A stretch of DNA of 64,000 nucleotides from Wickerhamiella versatilis (lineage: Eukaryota): the NCBI GenBank assembly GCA_030867685.1, contig JAQOWU010000007.1, positions 1,798,001-1,862,000 of the forward strand. Direction: 5' to 3'. The position numbers and the translations under genes were made by a program. Shown piece after piece: positions 22,201-31,136 of the stretch (positions within the stretch are counted from its first letter, which is position 1; each line of letters opens with the position of its first letter). The notes under the pieces were generated by a model that saw only the letters and a program-made list of their open reading frames with translations, ran no database searches and was not told where the DNA came from.

Positions 22201-23366
22201 TTACTGATGATGACATTAAGAAGAGAGCGGCCCAACTCGGTTTGGTGGAGCCTTTAACTGAGACAGAACTTGAGAAGAGAGCTCACGAAATAGGCTTAAT
22301 ATATCCCCCGTCGGATTCAGACATCAAGAAGAAGGCAAAATATCTTGGAATGAAAGAAAAGCAGGATGATGATAATGAGCTCAAGAAGGAAGCAACTTCG
22401 AGGCTGGGGTTGGCTGAACCTACGTCCAAGGTTTCTGTTAAGCCTGAGACGGAGCCTTTCTCATTTGAATCACTCAGTAATACCGATATTCTGCATCGCG
22501 CTGAAGAATTGGGACTCGCGCAGCCGCCGACGGATCAGCAAATCGTTAATCGAGCTAAAGCACTTGGATTACGGGAGCCAATGACCGAAGCAGAAATCAT
22601 TGCAAAAGCTGAGTCTATTCGTTCCAGTCAAGCTGCCACTCAATCTGCAAAGGGTCCCCTAACTCCTGACCAGCCTACTGAACCCGCGATGGGACCAGAA
22701 ATTACGGGATCAGGAGCTCGAAGCTCCCGTGCTAGCCCAGGAGCAGAAGCCCCCCCTGCTCGTCGTTGGGTTGTGCGTACTCCCCGTCGTACTCAATCTC
22801 AGAGACCTGCTATGTCTCACAGCGCTTCAACGCAAACCAATCTGAGCTCGATAATAGAGCCTTCTGGGATATCAGTTCGAAGTCCAGCACATTCGCTCCA
22901 GCCTCCTCCAAGATTTGGTCACCATAACTGGGATAGCCAATCCCTTGCAACAGGATCATTGACATTTGATACGGGTGAGGTAGATATTCGCTTAATGGTT
23001 ACGCAATTATTTGTGGGCGAATGTCTCTGGAAGTATACACGTGGATTCTTTATAGAAGGCTTTTCTGGCGGTCGACACAAGCGATATTTCTGGGTCCATC
23101 CTTACACCCTTACACTGTACTGGCAACGTGACAATCCAGCAATATTTGGAGGGCGCGTGGGTAATCCCCGATATGCTGCAATTCTAGGGGTGAGTGAAAC
23201 CGCAGATTATAATCCCGTGCCTGCAGGGCTTTATCATCGCTCGCTGGTTATCGAGGCGGATGACCGTGAGATCAAGTTAACTGCGCCGAATCGCGGACGT
23301 CACCATGTTTGGCTCTATTCTTTGCGCTATCTTCTCGAGAGAGGCAAAAGCGAAAACAAAGCTTAA
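16221..23366 (+). CDS. NUM1: Num1/ApsA/Mcp5-like cortical dynein and mitochondria anchor
   Basis: N-terminal coiled coil, Num1-type repeat remnants (EEYDSLIHPTLESLSELASILNYKMV), C-terminal PH domain GECLWKYTR...RHKRYFWVHPYTLTLYW...PAGLYHRSL. Confidence 0.9.
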   Translation: MSFLRRGSGNSRVPELEARVSTLERERGGLEEENWNLKVELDSLRESAKTTNSARSKAGSDRAKLKDEYQNVMELLELSRNRELELNSQLEKARVQNARQLESSRQDIESREEYITKMEEELRQISSANSQKEINSKVRNGPTDQQTVSRVTSASSNDDFQDAPNTEPQSTQLETDSLRDRLQLALRKESQLRSALLKEKTMTRELRSRLRYSGGSTQVSSSDLELVGPDDSIENTAVTGDAARQSLSFSSDGEVLGDVFMSRADIEDAAKKQGLVVLSQDEWEQSQPHAGFVVAPKDEYELLKNRTSSLDGLRDLASQFGARVLSAEETHESTNPTKEDLDMQATAIDHRLVPIEEYDSLIHPTLESLSELASILNYKMVHEDKQANDDDLGNISQLAAAKGHYLVSNEEYANFLAPTLQQLQDRAKASGMVVVPAERHRALQNASDSLKAAMRNSSVKKHHHRHQHRQGEKSHVFRDLAAAHKLDFASAERPGSARSSFVSDTSVTQSRSSRSQSRSGSSVFSDYDFNDLESVRTASFEKGYALIPLDSLAELQSSHIIPSRQAAQHRHSHDIFVVLSPSDADRVQRALASGVASSKDPAYGSVAERREHFESLIKESNSPSRSQGPSAHITSTLSSLGFKAIHQDEYRRLLASQKVYEPTKEDVIRASKLFDLVPIPSEEHQRLGGSPLKSSPSKWRSQPSTPQKDRSSSSIPPSEELKAVPAGYLATLQKLAENPSKEDVAGMARDLNLVVIDSNGAPILHENEIRERASILGMSAPPTEEQIIQSAKELGLPTSDSDILERGKTLGLLEPSDSNIREKALQLGLVDPPSDEDIKLKAKELGLIEPLSSDGIKKNALKLGLVFPPSESDIIQTALKLGLVRPEDVKTKAMKQGLIEPLSQEEIILTALSLGLIHPLSDSETREKAKDLGMVEKPSDSQVISRAISLGLVRPEDIKSKALSLGLVEPLGEREIKDRAMELGLSEPLGDADLKAKAQTLGLIEPPTESEIKEKAISFGLIEPAALKEKAHAIGLIDPLTDSDIKDKALSLGLVEPLSESEIKMRATMLGLIPPEKLKERAFSLGLVEPHSDSEIKAKASSLGMIEPLSEDEIKQRAISFGFIQPEKLKEIAYSQGLIERPSDSEIKTKALSLGLVEPLSDAEIKKKALSLGLIEPLSEADIKQKAISFGLIHPEKLRQTAYSQGLIDPPSDSEIKTKALSLGLVEPLSDGEIKEKAISLGLIEPLSDSEIKTKACSLGLVKPLSDAEINKKANSLGLFKPPSDSEIKAKALLLGLIEPLSEDDIKQKAISFGFIQPEKLKETAYSQGLIERPSDSEIKTKALSLGLVEPLSDAEIKKKANSLGLVKPPSDSEIKTKALSLGLIEPLLEADIKQKAVSFGFIQPEKLKQTAYSQGLIEPPSTSEIKSKALSLGLVEPLSDAEIKKKAASLGLIEPLNESEIKSKAVSLGLVEPLSDAELKKKASSLGLVEPLSDAEIKKKAASLGLIEPLNDSEIKSKAVSLGLVEPLSDAELKKKASSLGLVEPLSDAEIKKKATSLGLIEPLNDSEIKSKAVSLGLVEPLSDAELKKKATLLGLIEPLSDAEIKEKATSLGLIDPPNDSEIKDKALGLGLVKPLADAEIRSKAASLGLVEPPNDSEIKNKALSLGLVKPLSNSEIKKKAKSLGLVKPLNDSEIREKALGLGLVKPLSDAEIKKKATSLGLVEPLSDAEIKKKATSLGLVEPLSDAEIKKKATSLGLVEPLSDAEIKKKANSLGLVKPLNDSEIKDKALGLGLVKPLSDAEIRSKAVSLGLVEPLSDTAIKDRAAALGLTEPLSEQEIKSKAHSLGLVEPITESEIKEKAIALGLVPPESLKERARSIGLVKQPTDEEVKQKALSLGLVKPLSQDGIKEKAMSLGLVSPPTDSDIKRSAMSLGMIEPLNDDEIKRKARKLGYDAPLSDADLKKKALALGLAKPLSDDEVKQKARILGMSESLTDDDIKKRAAQLGLVEPLTETELEKRAHEIGLIYPPSDSDIKKKAKYLGMKEKQDDDNELKKEATSRLGLAEPTSKVSVKPETEPFSFESLSNTDILHRAEELGLAQPPTDQQIVNRAKALGLREPMTEAEIIAKAESIRSSQAATQSAKGPLTPDQPTEPAMGPEITGSGARSSRASPGAEAPPARRWVVRTPRRTQSQRPAMSHSASTQTNLSSIIEPSGISVRSPAHSLQPPPRFGHHNWDSQSLATGSLTFDTGEVDIRLMVTQLFVGECLWKYTRGFFIEGFSGGRHKRYFWVHPYTLTLYWQRDNPAIFGGRVGNPRYAAILGVSETADYNPVPAGLYHRSLVIEADDREIKLTAPNRGRHHVWLYSLRYLLERGKSENKA
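18516..22616 (+). repeat. Coding minisatellite: ~75 units of 54 bp (18 aa, consensus VEPLSDAEIKKKAxSLGL) including nine 45-bp variants
   Basis: Counted by hand from the translation; three identical 54-bp units at ~21345-21506. Confidence 0.95.
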
Positions 23367-23465
23367 AGATGCCTAATATCACTTTTAGTATAACTTATAG
23401 GAATTATATCATATCCAAAATTTTGAATTTCAAAAAGAACACGCCTTCTTGTATTACTAATACAA

Positions 23466-24239
23466 ATGGTTTCGATTTCGAATGAAGTTGTAGCCATCTT
23501 GGGGGGTGCGGCAGTATCGATACCATACGTGTATCAATTTAACAGCCCGAAGTCACAAGCTAGTGATTTAAGCCCTGCAATATGGATTGGCTGGGTTTTA
23601 GGACTCTTTGGTGTTGCTGCTTATTTTAATTTGCGTCCGAGTCTCTTGAATAGCGGGCAGCATAAACATCACCATAAATTAACAGATTTTCCAGAAGCAC
23701 CAGAAGGCCTATCATGGATAGCTGGTTTAATTGCGCTGTTTTGCTACTGTTGTTTTTTACGAGATACCTGGATCAGAAAACAACCATCTTCATTGAATAT
23801 TTTTGTCTATTCTCTGTTAGGACCACTGCTATGCGGTGTAGTATATTTATTCATGGTATACCTACATGTATTGATCCCGCTAAACAGCAAATATACCGCG
23901 GCATTGGGTATCTCCAGCATTTGTTTAGGAAGCTTTTATCTTCTTGCATGTCCTGCTGCAGCTGCTCACACGTCTACCATAATAATCCTCCGCAATGCCG
24001 GTGTGCACTATCTGACCTTTTTAATTCAATTACTAGGGTATTTTGTATGGATACTTGACCTTCTTCTTGGCTACCAGCACCCTGACTGGTGGGGTATCGC
24101 TCAAATTTTATACTTGTTTAGTGGCAACTTGATATTTGTTTTCATATCACTGATGCCACCATCAAGTTCAGAGCAGAAGTATAGTGTGCTTCCTCTCGCG
24201 AATTTGGGGTCTTCTTCGCGTCTCTCCAGGCCACAATAG
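23466..24239 (+). CDS. Multi-pass membrane protein, possibly a degenerate PQ-loop family member
   Basis: About 7 hydrophobic segments; IPYVYQ..KSQASDLSPAIWIGWVLG and a second half-repeat ..GVHYLTFLIQLLGYFVW resemble PQ-loop spacing, but no literal PQ. Confidence 0.5.
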   Translation: MVSISNEVVAILGGAAVSIPYVYQFNSPKSQASDLSPAIWIGWVLGLFGVAAYFNLRPSLLNSGQHKHHHKLTDFPEAPEGLSWIAGLIALFCYCCFLRDTWIRKQPSSLNIFVYSLLGPLLCGVVYLFMVYLHVLIPLNSKYTAALGISSICLGSFYLLACPAAAAHTSTIIILRNAGVHYLTFLIQLLGYFVWILDLLLGYQHPDWWGIAQILYLFSGNLIFVFISLMPPSSSEQKYSVLPLANLGSSSRLSRPQ

Positions 24240-24324
24240 TATTTCACTTTTGATGGTTCATTGTCCGGCATCAGGAGCAAAAAGACTTTCCAGAACGTGA
24301 AAATATTGGAGATATAGTAGCCAA

Positions 24325-24436
24325 CGCTTATGCTTATGCCTATGCTTATACTATGTCTATTCCTCATGAAAAAAGTTACAGAAATAATTAAGAGCAGTGC
24401 TACTACTACTACAAATAATAATAATACTAATAATAG
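24325..24436. repeat. Microsatellites (CTTATG-like x4-5; TAC/AAT runs)
   Basis: cttatgcttatgcctatgcttata; tactactactacaaataataataatactaataat. Confidence 0.7.
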
Positions 24437-24621
24437 ATATGATGTAAACGATGATGTGCTCCATTTGATCAAACAGTTCCCAATTTCTCAATAGGAATGC
24501 ATGAAGGTGGATGGCTGGGAGTAGAATTAGTCGTATCGATGGAGAGGTCTGACCTAAATTGCACATTATGTTCTCCAGCACCCATATACCCTAGCCCAGC
24601 AGCTGACTCGACACGTCCTAG

Positions 24622-27444
24622 ATGAAGGAGGGGTCGCCTGTTTTTCAAATAAATGGCCTGTGGGTATCTTATGCCCATACGGTATGCGCTGGCTCGGCCT
24701 TTTTACTTGCGCTCATCGTGGGTTGTATTTTCCATTTTGAAAAGATAGTCACTAATGAGTTTTATACTTATCCAGATGAATGGTTCCCATCTGTTTCCGC
24801 GACGATTGGCGACAGGTATCCTGAGCGCTCTGTTTACCAGTTGCTCATAGCCCTAACGAGTGGGCCACGATTTCTGATGGTATTCCTAACTTATTTGATG
24901 GCGAATCGGCCTTCATCTAAGCTTCCCCTGATTTTGTTTGTAGTAGGAGTTGTTCGGACTTTTACCTGTGGTGGTTGGACCTATATCACAAGTACCGATG
25001 ACCACGATTGGCATGATATATTTATGATATCTTATATCGTTCTTACACTTCCTTGGATGGTACTTGCAACGGTGACAAGCCGACCACAGTCAAAGGCGCG
25101 TAAGCACCGACGTATTGTGGGTATAACTTTTTTTTCTATGCTTATACCCTTAATTTACCTATTCATTCAGCACAAAGTCCATCGAGTTGCGGGCGCCTAC
25201 ACAAAATATGCATTCTGCGAATGGTCCCTTATCCTTTTGGACGTAGCATTTGATGCTGGCTCGGCGTATGATTTCTCGAACATCAATATCGTGGTAAAGG
25301 ACCCAGATAATGTTATAAAGAAGCCCACCTCCGTAGAACTGTTGCATAACCCGGCCGTCCTCAAGCAGGGTCCGGGGTACTTCGGCTTTGCTATTTCGTG
25401 TGCCAATTGGTTCGTTTTCTGGTCTGTCCTTACTTCTCTCGGAGTGCTAATCTGGTATTTTCCTCTGTGGTACATGGGTATCAGTGGCTATGAGGCCCTC
25501 CTTTTAGTTTTCCTAGTGATTGTTATTCTTGGCATTGCCCCAGTTCGACGCACTCTGGCCAATTTTCCGCAGCTATCTTGGCTTGGGCAAGCTGTGGGCG
25601 GGGTTGGTGCTTACTGGGTGAAGAGGCCGACGCAGCGAGTATTTTTTGTTGCTGCGGGGTGTGGCTTCGGAGCATTAGCTATCGCAACCGCCTTTTCGAA
25701 CGCAACTCGAGTGAATGCCCGTCCAGGGACAGTGCAAGCTCAATCAGCAGCATTCGTTATTGGATTGTTGCTTTCAGCAACTGCTAAAATGGCCTTCTAC
25801 GGCAACAACCCGATTTGGCCCGTTATGAATGCTGAAACAGGTGGGTTAAATTGCTGGGGTCTAGCCCTCGGGATTGGGGCTGCCTTATGCACCACTCCTA
25901 GCGCTAAGGACTCAGCATATGTGTCTCGTAAGGGAGAGTCCTCCGTTATTGCTGGCGCAGCTGTCGGTACACTGCTTTTCGTTTTGAATACGTACTTAAG
26001 TGACACAAGCTTGCTACCGATTTGGGTCTGGGACGGGTTCCCTGTTAGAGGACCAACACCGGTTCCGTATGGTGCCGTTACGTTGGCCGTGGCCTCTCTT
26101 GGTCTTAGGGTGGGACTAACCCGTAGAAAGGCTGTTTTGTCGAAGCGCTGGATGGTACTTTTTGCGACTGGAATGGGTATCTTATGCCTTACATCTCAAT
26201 GGATAGGATATGCAGGAGGCCTTGTTGTGATATTTTATTCAATCGCTGTGACCCCTGCTCTACTTGAAGCTGCGGGACGACAGCCAGTGGGCCGTACTTG
26301 GAGCGTTGCAATGGTGACTATGTGTGGATTCATGCTGGCCGAGACCTGGGCTGTTGCCTATGCATTTGTACCTGGCGGATTCCTACTGCGTGAGCGCACC
26401 TGGGTGCTCATGGTTTTCGAGGTGCTGCTAATTCTTCTTGGTGTTCTCAACGCACGGAAGATATCAAGCGGTGATAACGTTAAGAAGGCCAAGAATTCTT
26501 TCCAGCCTGCCACTGTAACCGCAGCTCTCCGTAAAGTCACACACGCGTCTAGCATTGGCCTGGTAGTAGTCTTGGTTCTTTCTTCTCTGGCCACTTTCCA
26601 CCGTATGCAACGTACAAAGCCGCAGCCCGTACATGCCAACGAGAAAGCGCTCACCGCTGGCATTTGGACCGTCCATTTTGGGCTTGATAATGACATGTGG
26701 GCAAGTGAAAAGAGAATGTCAGATTTGATCGCTGATGCTGAGCTTGATGTTATTGGTTTATTGGAATCAGACACTCAACGAATCATTGGGGGCCACCGTG
26801 ATATGACACAATACATGGCTGAGGAATTAGGTTTCTATGCTGATTACGGCCCTGGTCCTAATAAGCATACCTGGGGTGCTGCGTTATTGTCGAGATTCCC
26901 AATTCTCAACTCTACACATCATCTAACTCCAAGTCCTTATGGAGAGCTTGCACCTGTGATTCATGCGACGCTTGATGTATATGGGACACCTGTCGATGTA
27001 GTTGTCTTCCACTCTGGTCAGGAGGAAGATCCCGAGGATCGCCGTCTTCAGACAGAATATGTCTCTTCTCTCCTTGCAGCCAGTCCAAGACCAGCTATTC
27101 TGCTTGCCTATCTCGTTACAAAACCGCTAGAAGGCAATTATAATACATGGGTATCAGACTACACGCGAATGCATGACATAGATTCTTCAGATTGGGACCG
27201 CTGGTGCGAATATATTCTCTACAGAGGACTCCGGCGAACGGCATATGCCAGGATCTCTCGGTCCACCATCACAGATACTGAACTTCAAGTTGCCAGATTC
27301 ACACTTGGGGAACCAAATTACGAATCCGGCTTTGTAGATGAGTCTGCAGTGGCTGAAGGTTTGCGAATGCCCAGCTGTTTCCGCAATGGTGGTGTTCGTG
27401 GACACTTCTACCATGTTTTCAATGAACCAAGGTATTTCAGCTAG
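24622..27444 (+). CDS. CWH43: GPI lipid remodelase Cwh43 (Frag1/PGAP2 domain plus C-terminal EEP-like domain)
   Basis: YPDEWFPSVSATIGDRYPERS, YITSTDDHDWHD, AGIWTVHFGLDNDMWASE, HSGQEEDPEDRRLQ. Confidence 0.96.
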   Translation: MKEGSPVFQINGLWVSYAHTVCAGSAFLLALIVGCIFHFEKIVTNEFYTYPDEWFPSVSATIGDRYPERSVYQLLIALTSGPRFLMVFLTYLMANRPSSKLPLILFVVGVVRTFTCGGWTYITSTDDHDWHDIFMISYIVLTLPWMVLATVTSRPQSKARKHRRIVGITFFSMLIPLIYLFIQHKVHRVAGAYTKYAFCEWSLILLDVAFDAGSAYDFSNINIVVKDPDNVIKKPTSVELLHNPAVLKQGPGYFGFAISCANWFVFWSVLTSLGVLIWYFPLWYMGISGYEALLLVFLVIVILGIAPVRRTLANFPQLSWLGQAVGGVGAYWVKRPTQRVFFVAAGCGFGALAIATAFSNATRVNARPGTVQAQSAAFVIGLLLSATAKMAFYGNNPIWPVMNAETGGLNCWGLALGIGAALCTTPSAKDSAYVSRKGESSVIAGAAVGTLLFVLNTYLSDTSLLPIWVWDGFPVRGPTPVPYGAVTLAVASLGLRVGLTRRKAVLSKRWMVLFATGMGILCLTSQWIGYAGGLVVIFYSIAVTPALLEAAGRQPVGRTWSVAMVTMCGFMLAETWAVAYAFVPGGFLLRERTWVLMVFEVLLILLGVLNARKISSGDNVKKAKNSFQPATVTAALRKVTHASSIGLVVVLVLSSLATFHRMQRTKPQPVHANEKALTAGIWTVHFGLDNDMWASEKRMSDLIADAELDVIGLLESDTQRIIGGHRDMTQYMAEELGFYADYGPGPNKHTWGAALLSRFPILNSTHHLTPSPYGELAPVIHATLDVYGTPVDVVVFHSGQEEDPEDRRLQTEYVSSLLAASPRPAILLAYLVTKPLEGNYNTWVSDYTRMHDIDSSDWDRWCEYILYRGLRRTAYARISRSTITDTELQVARFTLGEPNYESGFVDESAVAEGLRMPSCFRNGGVRGHFYHVFNEPRYFS

Positions 27445-27770
27445 TTAACGAGCTCATTCTGCATAAGACCATTTCGTCGCACTCTCCAGCTGTTGGATGG
27501 CGTTTCACCACTAAAAATTAAAGCAAGTTGGCACCCAAAAAAGTTGATACCAAAAGATCGGAAGTGCGCTATTCAGCCACGTTCGATGCTAAAATTGGAA
27601 TAGTTAGCAAAGAAGAAAACTAATTATAAGCCATCACACAGTTTGTTGATCCATATGCATGGAATTATTGCCATTAATCAATTAAGGATCTGAAAAGTAC
27701 TACTTTCTACTAGTGTTTCTTGAGGCGGATCTTTGGTGTTATGTGCGGGTAGGGGTTCCTTTCAGACACA

Positions 27771-29321
27771 ATGTCCCGAGGAAGATATGCCAGGGTGCAA
27801 CAAGATGATATAGACGATGATGAGGATCTGTCATTGATCTTGGGTCAGCCTCTATCGTCGAATTATGTGAGACTGAGTGATCTCGATCCGGAGGGTCATC
27901 CTAGAGTGCCCAACCAGACCAAAACTCGGGCTTTCCGTAGGACCCCTCGGGCCCTCCTTTACTCCTTCCTCACGTTTGTTGGGCTCTTGGTAGTGGTTAC
28001 AACGGGTGCACATCTTTTCGGTCGGAAGATAAGTCGCTATGTGCCGAACAGGCCATTGTCTAACGGTACGCATATGTTCAACGCAACTACCCTTGTGATT
28101 TCGCTTGATGGCTTTCATCCACAGTATATATCAAAAGAGAGGACGCCGAATCTCGATAAAATGGCACGAAATGAATGCGTTGTACCCTACATGATACCAA
28201 GCTTTCCTTCGCAAACTTTTCCTAACCATTGGACGCTTGTAACAGGTCTTTATCCGGCAAACCATGGTATTGTCGGAAATACATTCCTTGACCCTGATCT
28301 TGGAGAGTTCGTTAATACTGATCCAAGCAAATCTCGCAACCCTGGCTTTTGGGGCGGGGAGCCAGCCTGGATAACCGCTCGTAACCAGAGCCGCAGAGTG
28401 GGAGTTCACATGTGGCCCGGATCCGAAGTAGACTGGGCATCAGGTAAACCAGACTATGTTACAAAGTTTAATCGGAGTGAGCCACTCACGACTAAGGCCA
28501 AATCTATCATAGATTGGTTTGATGAAAAGGGAGGCCCACCCGAGCTCATGCTTGCGTACGTGCCACAGGTAGATGTGGCAGGTCATACCTATGGAATTGC
28601 AGGTGACGAAGTGAAGAAGGCAATCAATGAAGTTGATCAATTCATTGGTAGTTTACAAAAAGCATTACAGGTGAGGAATTTAACACATATCGTAAATTTT
28701 GTCGTCGTTTCCGACCACGGAATGGCACCTACATCCGATGAGCGAATATTTATTCTCGATGACCACATTAATATGAACAACGTCACGTCAAAACAGGGAT
28801 GGCCGTTGGCGGGACTCAGGTTCACCGACAGTGTAGCTGAAGAGATGGCCCTCGAGAGCTTACGTGCAAGTAGCCATAAAGGTGTGGACATATTTCCTGC
28901 TGAGAATTTACCAAAAAGATGGCATTTTGGACCTAAAGGCTTCGAGTATAGTTACCGTCTTTCCTCTTTGTATGTTGTGCCCAAAGTAGGGTGGTCTATA
29001 GTGACCCAACAAGAATGGGATGATATGAATCACCACTACGACTTGAAGGGAGTTCATGGGTACGATAATGCAGAAACAACTATGCGGGCACTTTTCGTTG
29101 CCCAAGGACCTGCATTTCCTCCCGGAAGGTATGAACCCTTTATGAACATAGATTTCTACTCTGGAATTTGTCAATCAATAGGTGTGAGACCAAGTGAAAA
29201 TGATGGGTCCTTTAGGCTCATTCGCAAGGAGAAGCCGATGGATTTGCCTTACCCCGAACTACCATTTGGGACAGATTTCATATCAGATTCGTCTATTGCG
29301 GAAATATTCCAAAAACCTTAG
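27771..29321 (+). CDS. NPP1: Nucleotide pyrophosphatase/phosphodiesterase (Npp1/Npp2 family), type II membrane protein
   Basis: ISLDGF, PSFPSQTFPNHWTLVTGLYP, VVSDHGM, GVHGYDN; single N-terminal TM. Confidence 0.9.
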   Translation: MSRGRYARVQQDDIDDDEDLSLILGQPLSSNYVRLSDLDPEGHPRVPNQTKTRAFRRTPRALLYSFLTFVGLLVVVTTGAHLFGRKISRYVPNRPLSNGTHMFNATTLVISLDGFHPQYISKERTPNLDKMARNECVVPYMIPSFPSQTFPNHWTLVTGLYPANHGIVGNTFLDPDLGEFVNTDPSKSRNPGFWGGEPAWITARNQSRRVGVHMWPGSEVDWASGKPDYVTKFNRSEPLTTKAKSIIDWFDEKGGPPELMLAYVPQVDVAGHTYGIAGDEVKKAINEVDQFIGSLQKALQVRNLTHIVNFVVVSDHGMAPTSDERIFILDDHINMNNVTSKQGWPLAGLRFTDSVAEEMALESLRASSHKGVDIFPAENLPKRWHFGPKGFEYSYRLSSLYVVPKVGWSIVTQQEWDDMNHHYDLKGVHGYDNAETTMRALFVAQGPAFPPGRYEPFMNIDFYSGICQSIGVRPSENDGSFRLIRKEKPMDLPYPELPFGTDFISDSSIAEIFQKP

Positions 29322-29396
29322 TTATTTATTTTTATGCAGAAAGTCTAAAATTCTTAATAAAATATCACAAAAAAAACGAGCTGTAGCACTGAACAT

Positions 29397-31049
29397 TTAC
29401 ATTTTTGCGCTGGACATCCAACCAAATTCAAGCTTTTTGTCCTTCGCAGGGTCAATGATGATGTTAAGGACACAGACTCTATTGCTCTCCAGCGCCTTTT
29501 TTGCCGCCGAAGCGACATCGTCCAAGTTGTGGCATAGGAACCCGAGTCCACCTAGTGAGACGGAAAGCAAGTCATAGCGCGTTTCAAGTCCCAGGGCAGT
29601 GGTTGGAAGCGGCTTGTCATTATCAGAGTTATATGCTTTTGGATCAGAGCCATGGTAGACTCCTGAATTGTTCATAACTACTATGATCATGGGCAGTTTA
29701 CTGCGAACAGCCGTCTCGATCTCGACTGCAGAGAACCCGAAAGCAGAATCTCCTTCAATAGCTACCACTGTCGAGGTGGGGTTTGCTACCTTGGCGGCAA
29801 TTGCATACCCAATTCCGACTCCCATAGTTGCATTTGTACCTGCATCAAGTCGAGAGCGGGGTTTTTCCAGGTCAAACGAGGTTCGGGAGATGTCCATGGT
29901 GTTGGCGCCCTCTGATACAAGGATGACGTCTTCAGACTGGAATATTTGGCGTAGCGTGGAAAAAACAGGCTCATACGTCAAAAGATTTCCAACTTTGCTC
30001 TCCTTCTTGCGTGCTTTTTCCTCGTTCATATGGCGTTTACTTTGAATTGCTTCTGGTAACGCGGGTGCTTGCCAGTCCCTGAGGGCTACCCTTATCTGGT
30101 CACACACCAGGCCCACATCGCCCAGTACACCATCAGTGCCACCATTAGTGCCTATTTCTTCGGCAGCAATATCCACTTGCCATATTTTGACACCAGGTTT
30201 AAACTTCGGCTGTTCACCATAATGGAGGATCCAGTTCAGACGCGCACCCAAAACGAGTATGACATCGGCTTTGTGTAGGGCCATTGAACGGGCGGCAGAT
30301 ACGTTTGCAGGGTCACTATCAGGAATAACGCCTTTACCCATGGGTGTGGGGAGAAATGCAAGTCCCGCTTGCTTCTGGAGATCTCGCACAGCTCTCTCCG
30401 CCCTTGCAAAGGCACAACCTTTACCTACAATGAGCAAAGGCCACGCAGCATGTCGCAAGGACTCGGCAACCTCAGAAATCTTGGAAGGATCACCTGCGCT
30501 TCGAGGAGCCCTACCAGGTGCACGCAGTACAGGTATTCTTTTTCCATCTTGCTGGCCTTGAATAAGATCTGCCGGAAGATCAATATAGGTAACACCAGGT
30601 ATGCCAAAGTAAGCCACACGGTAGGCTTGTTCCACCAGGGTGGGTAGTTGTTCAAGGTTTGGAGGCTGCTCGGCAAATTTGGCACCCACATTGCGAAGGA
30701 GTGATATTTGATCAAGTTGTTGAAATGCGCCTTTTCCACGCAAGAGGGTCTCACTAGATCCAGCAAGCAGCAGTAGTGGAAAGCGATTGGCCCGAGCGTT
30801 CTCAACACCCGCCAATGCATGTACCACTCCAGGTCCCCCGACAACTAGCGCTACCCCTGGCTTCCCAGTAATATAACCATATACTGATGCAGCATAAGTG
30901 GCTGCCTGCTCGTTTCGAAATGCGATAAAGCGAATGCCAACTGCTTGACAGGCTTCCGCAACCTCAATTACAGGAATTCCCACTATTCCAAATACGGCTG
31001 AGATTCCAAGCTGCTTTAACGCTGCTGCAATCACTTCCGCCCCCGTCAT
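29397..31049 (-). CDS. PXP1: TPP-dependent 2-hydroxyacyl-CoA lyase / oxalyl-CoA decarboxylase family protein, probably peroxisomal
   Basis: FGIVGIPV, FRNEQAA, RLDAGTNATMGVG, EGDSAFGFS...NN; PTS1-like C-terminal AKM; ATG start at 31049. Confidence 0.9.
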   Translation of the reverse strand: MTGAEVIAAALKQLGISAVFGIVGIPVIEVAEACQAVGIRFIAFRNEQAATYAASVYGYITGKPGVALVVGGPGVVHALAGVENARANRFPLLLLAGSSETLLRGKGAFQQLDQISLLRNVGAKFAEQPPNLEQLPTLVEQAYRVAYFGIPGVTYIDLPADLIQGQQDGKRIPVLRAPGRAPRSAGDPSKISEVAESLRHAAWPLLIVGKGCAFARAERAVRDLQKQAGLAFLPTPMGKGVIPDSDPANVSAARSMALHKADVILVLGARLNWILHYGEQPKFKPGVKIWQVDIAAEEIGTNGGTDGVLGDVGLVCDQIRVALRDWQAPALPEAIQSKRHMNEEKARKKESKVGNLLTYEPVFSTLRQIFQSEDVILVSEGANTMDISRTSFDLEKPRSRLDAGTNATMGVGIGYAIAAKVANPTSTVVAIEGDSAFGFSAVEIETAVRSKLPMIIVVMNNSGVYHGSDPKAYNSDNDKPLPTTALGLETRYDLLSVSLGGLGFLCHNLDDVASAAKKALESNRVCVLNIIIDPAKDKKLEFGWMSSAKM

Positions 31050-31136
31050 TCGCTCTGGGTCGGCCAAACGAGATGGGGTTGATTTCGTAAGAACCCCTCC
31101 TCCGGCTTGGAACCTTTTTCCCGAGTGGCGAGATAG

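Noticed and set aside
18516-22616. CRISPR-like or transposon-like periodicity in the Num1 (and NUP49) repeats
   Set aside because: In-frame coding repeats without unique spacers, in a eukaryotic context with no cas or transposase genes.
29397-31049. Possible bacterial horizontally acquired oxalyl-CoA decarboxylase
   Set aside because: Motifs and a PTS1-like end fit the native fungal 2-hydroxyacyl-CoA lyase; no operon-like context. Phylogeny not run.
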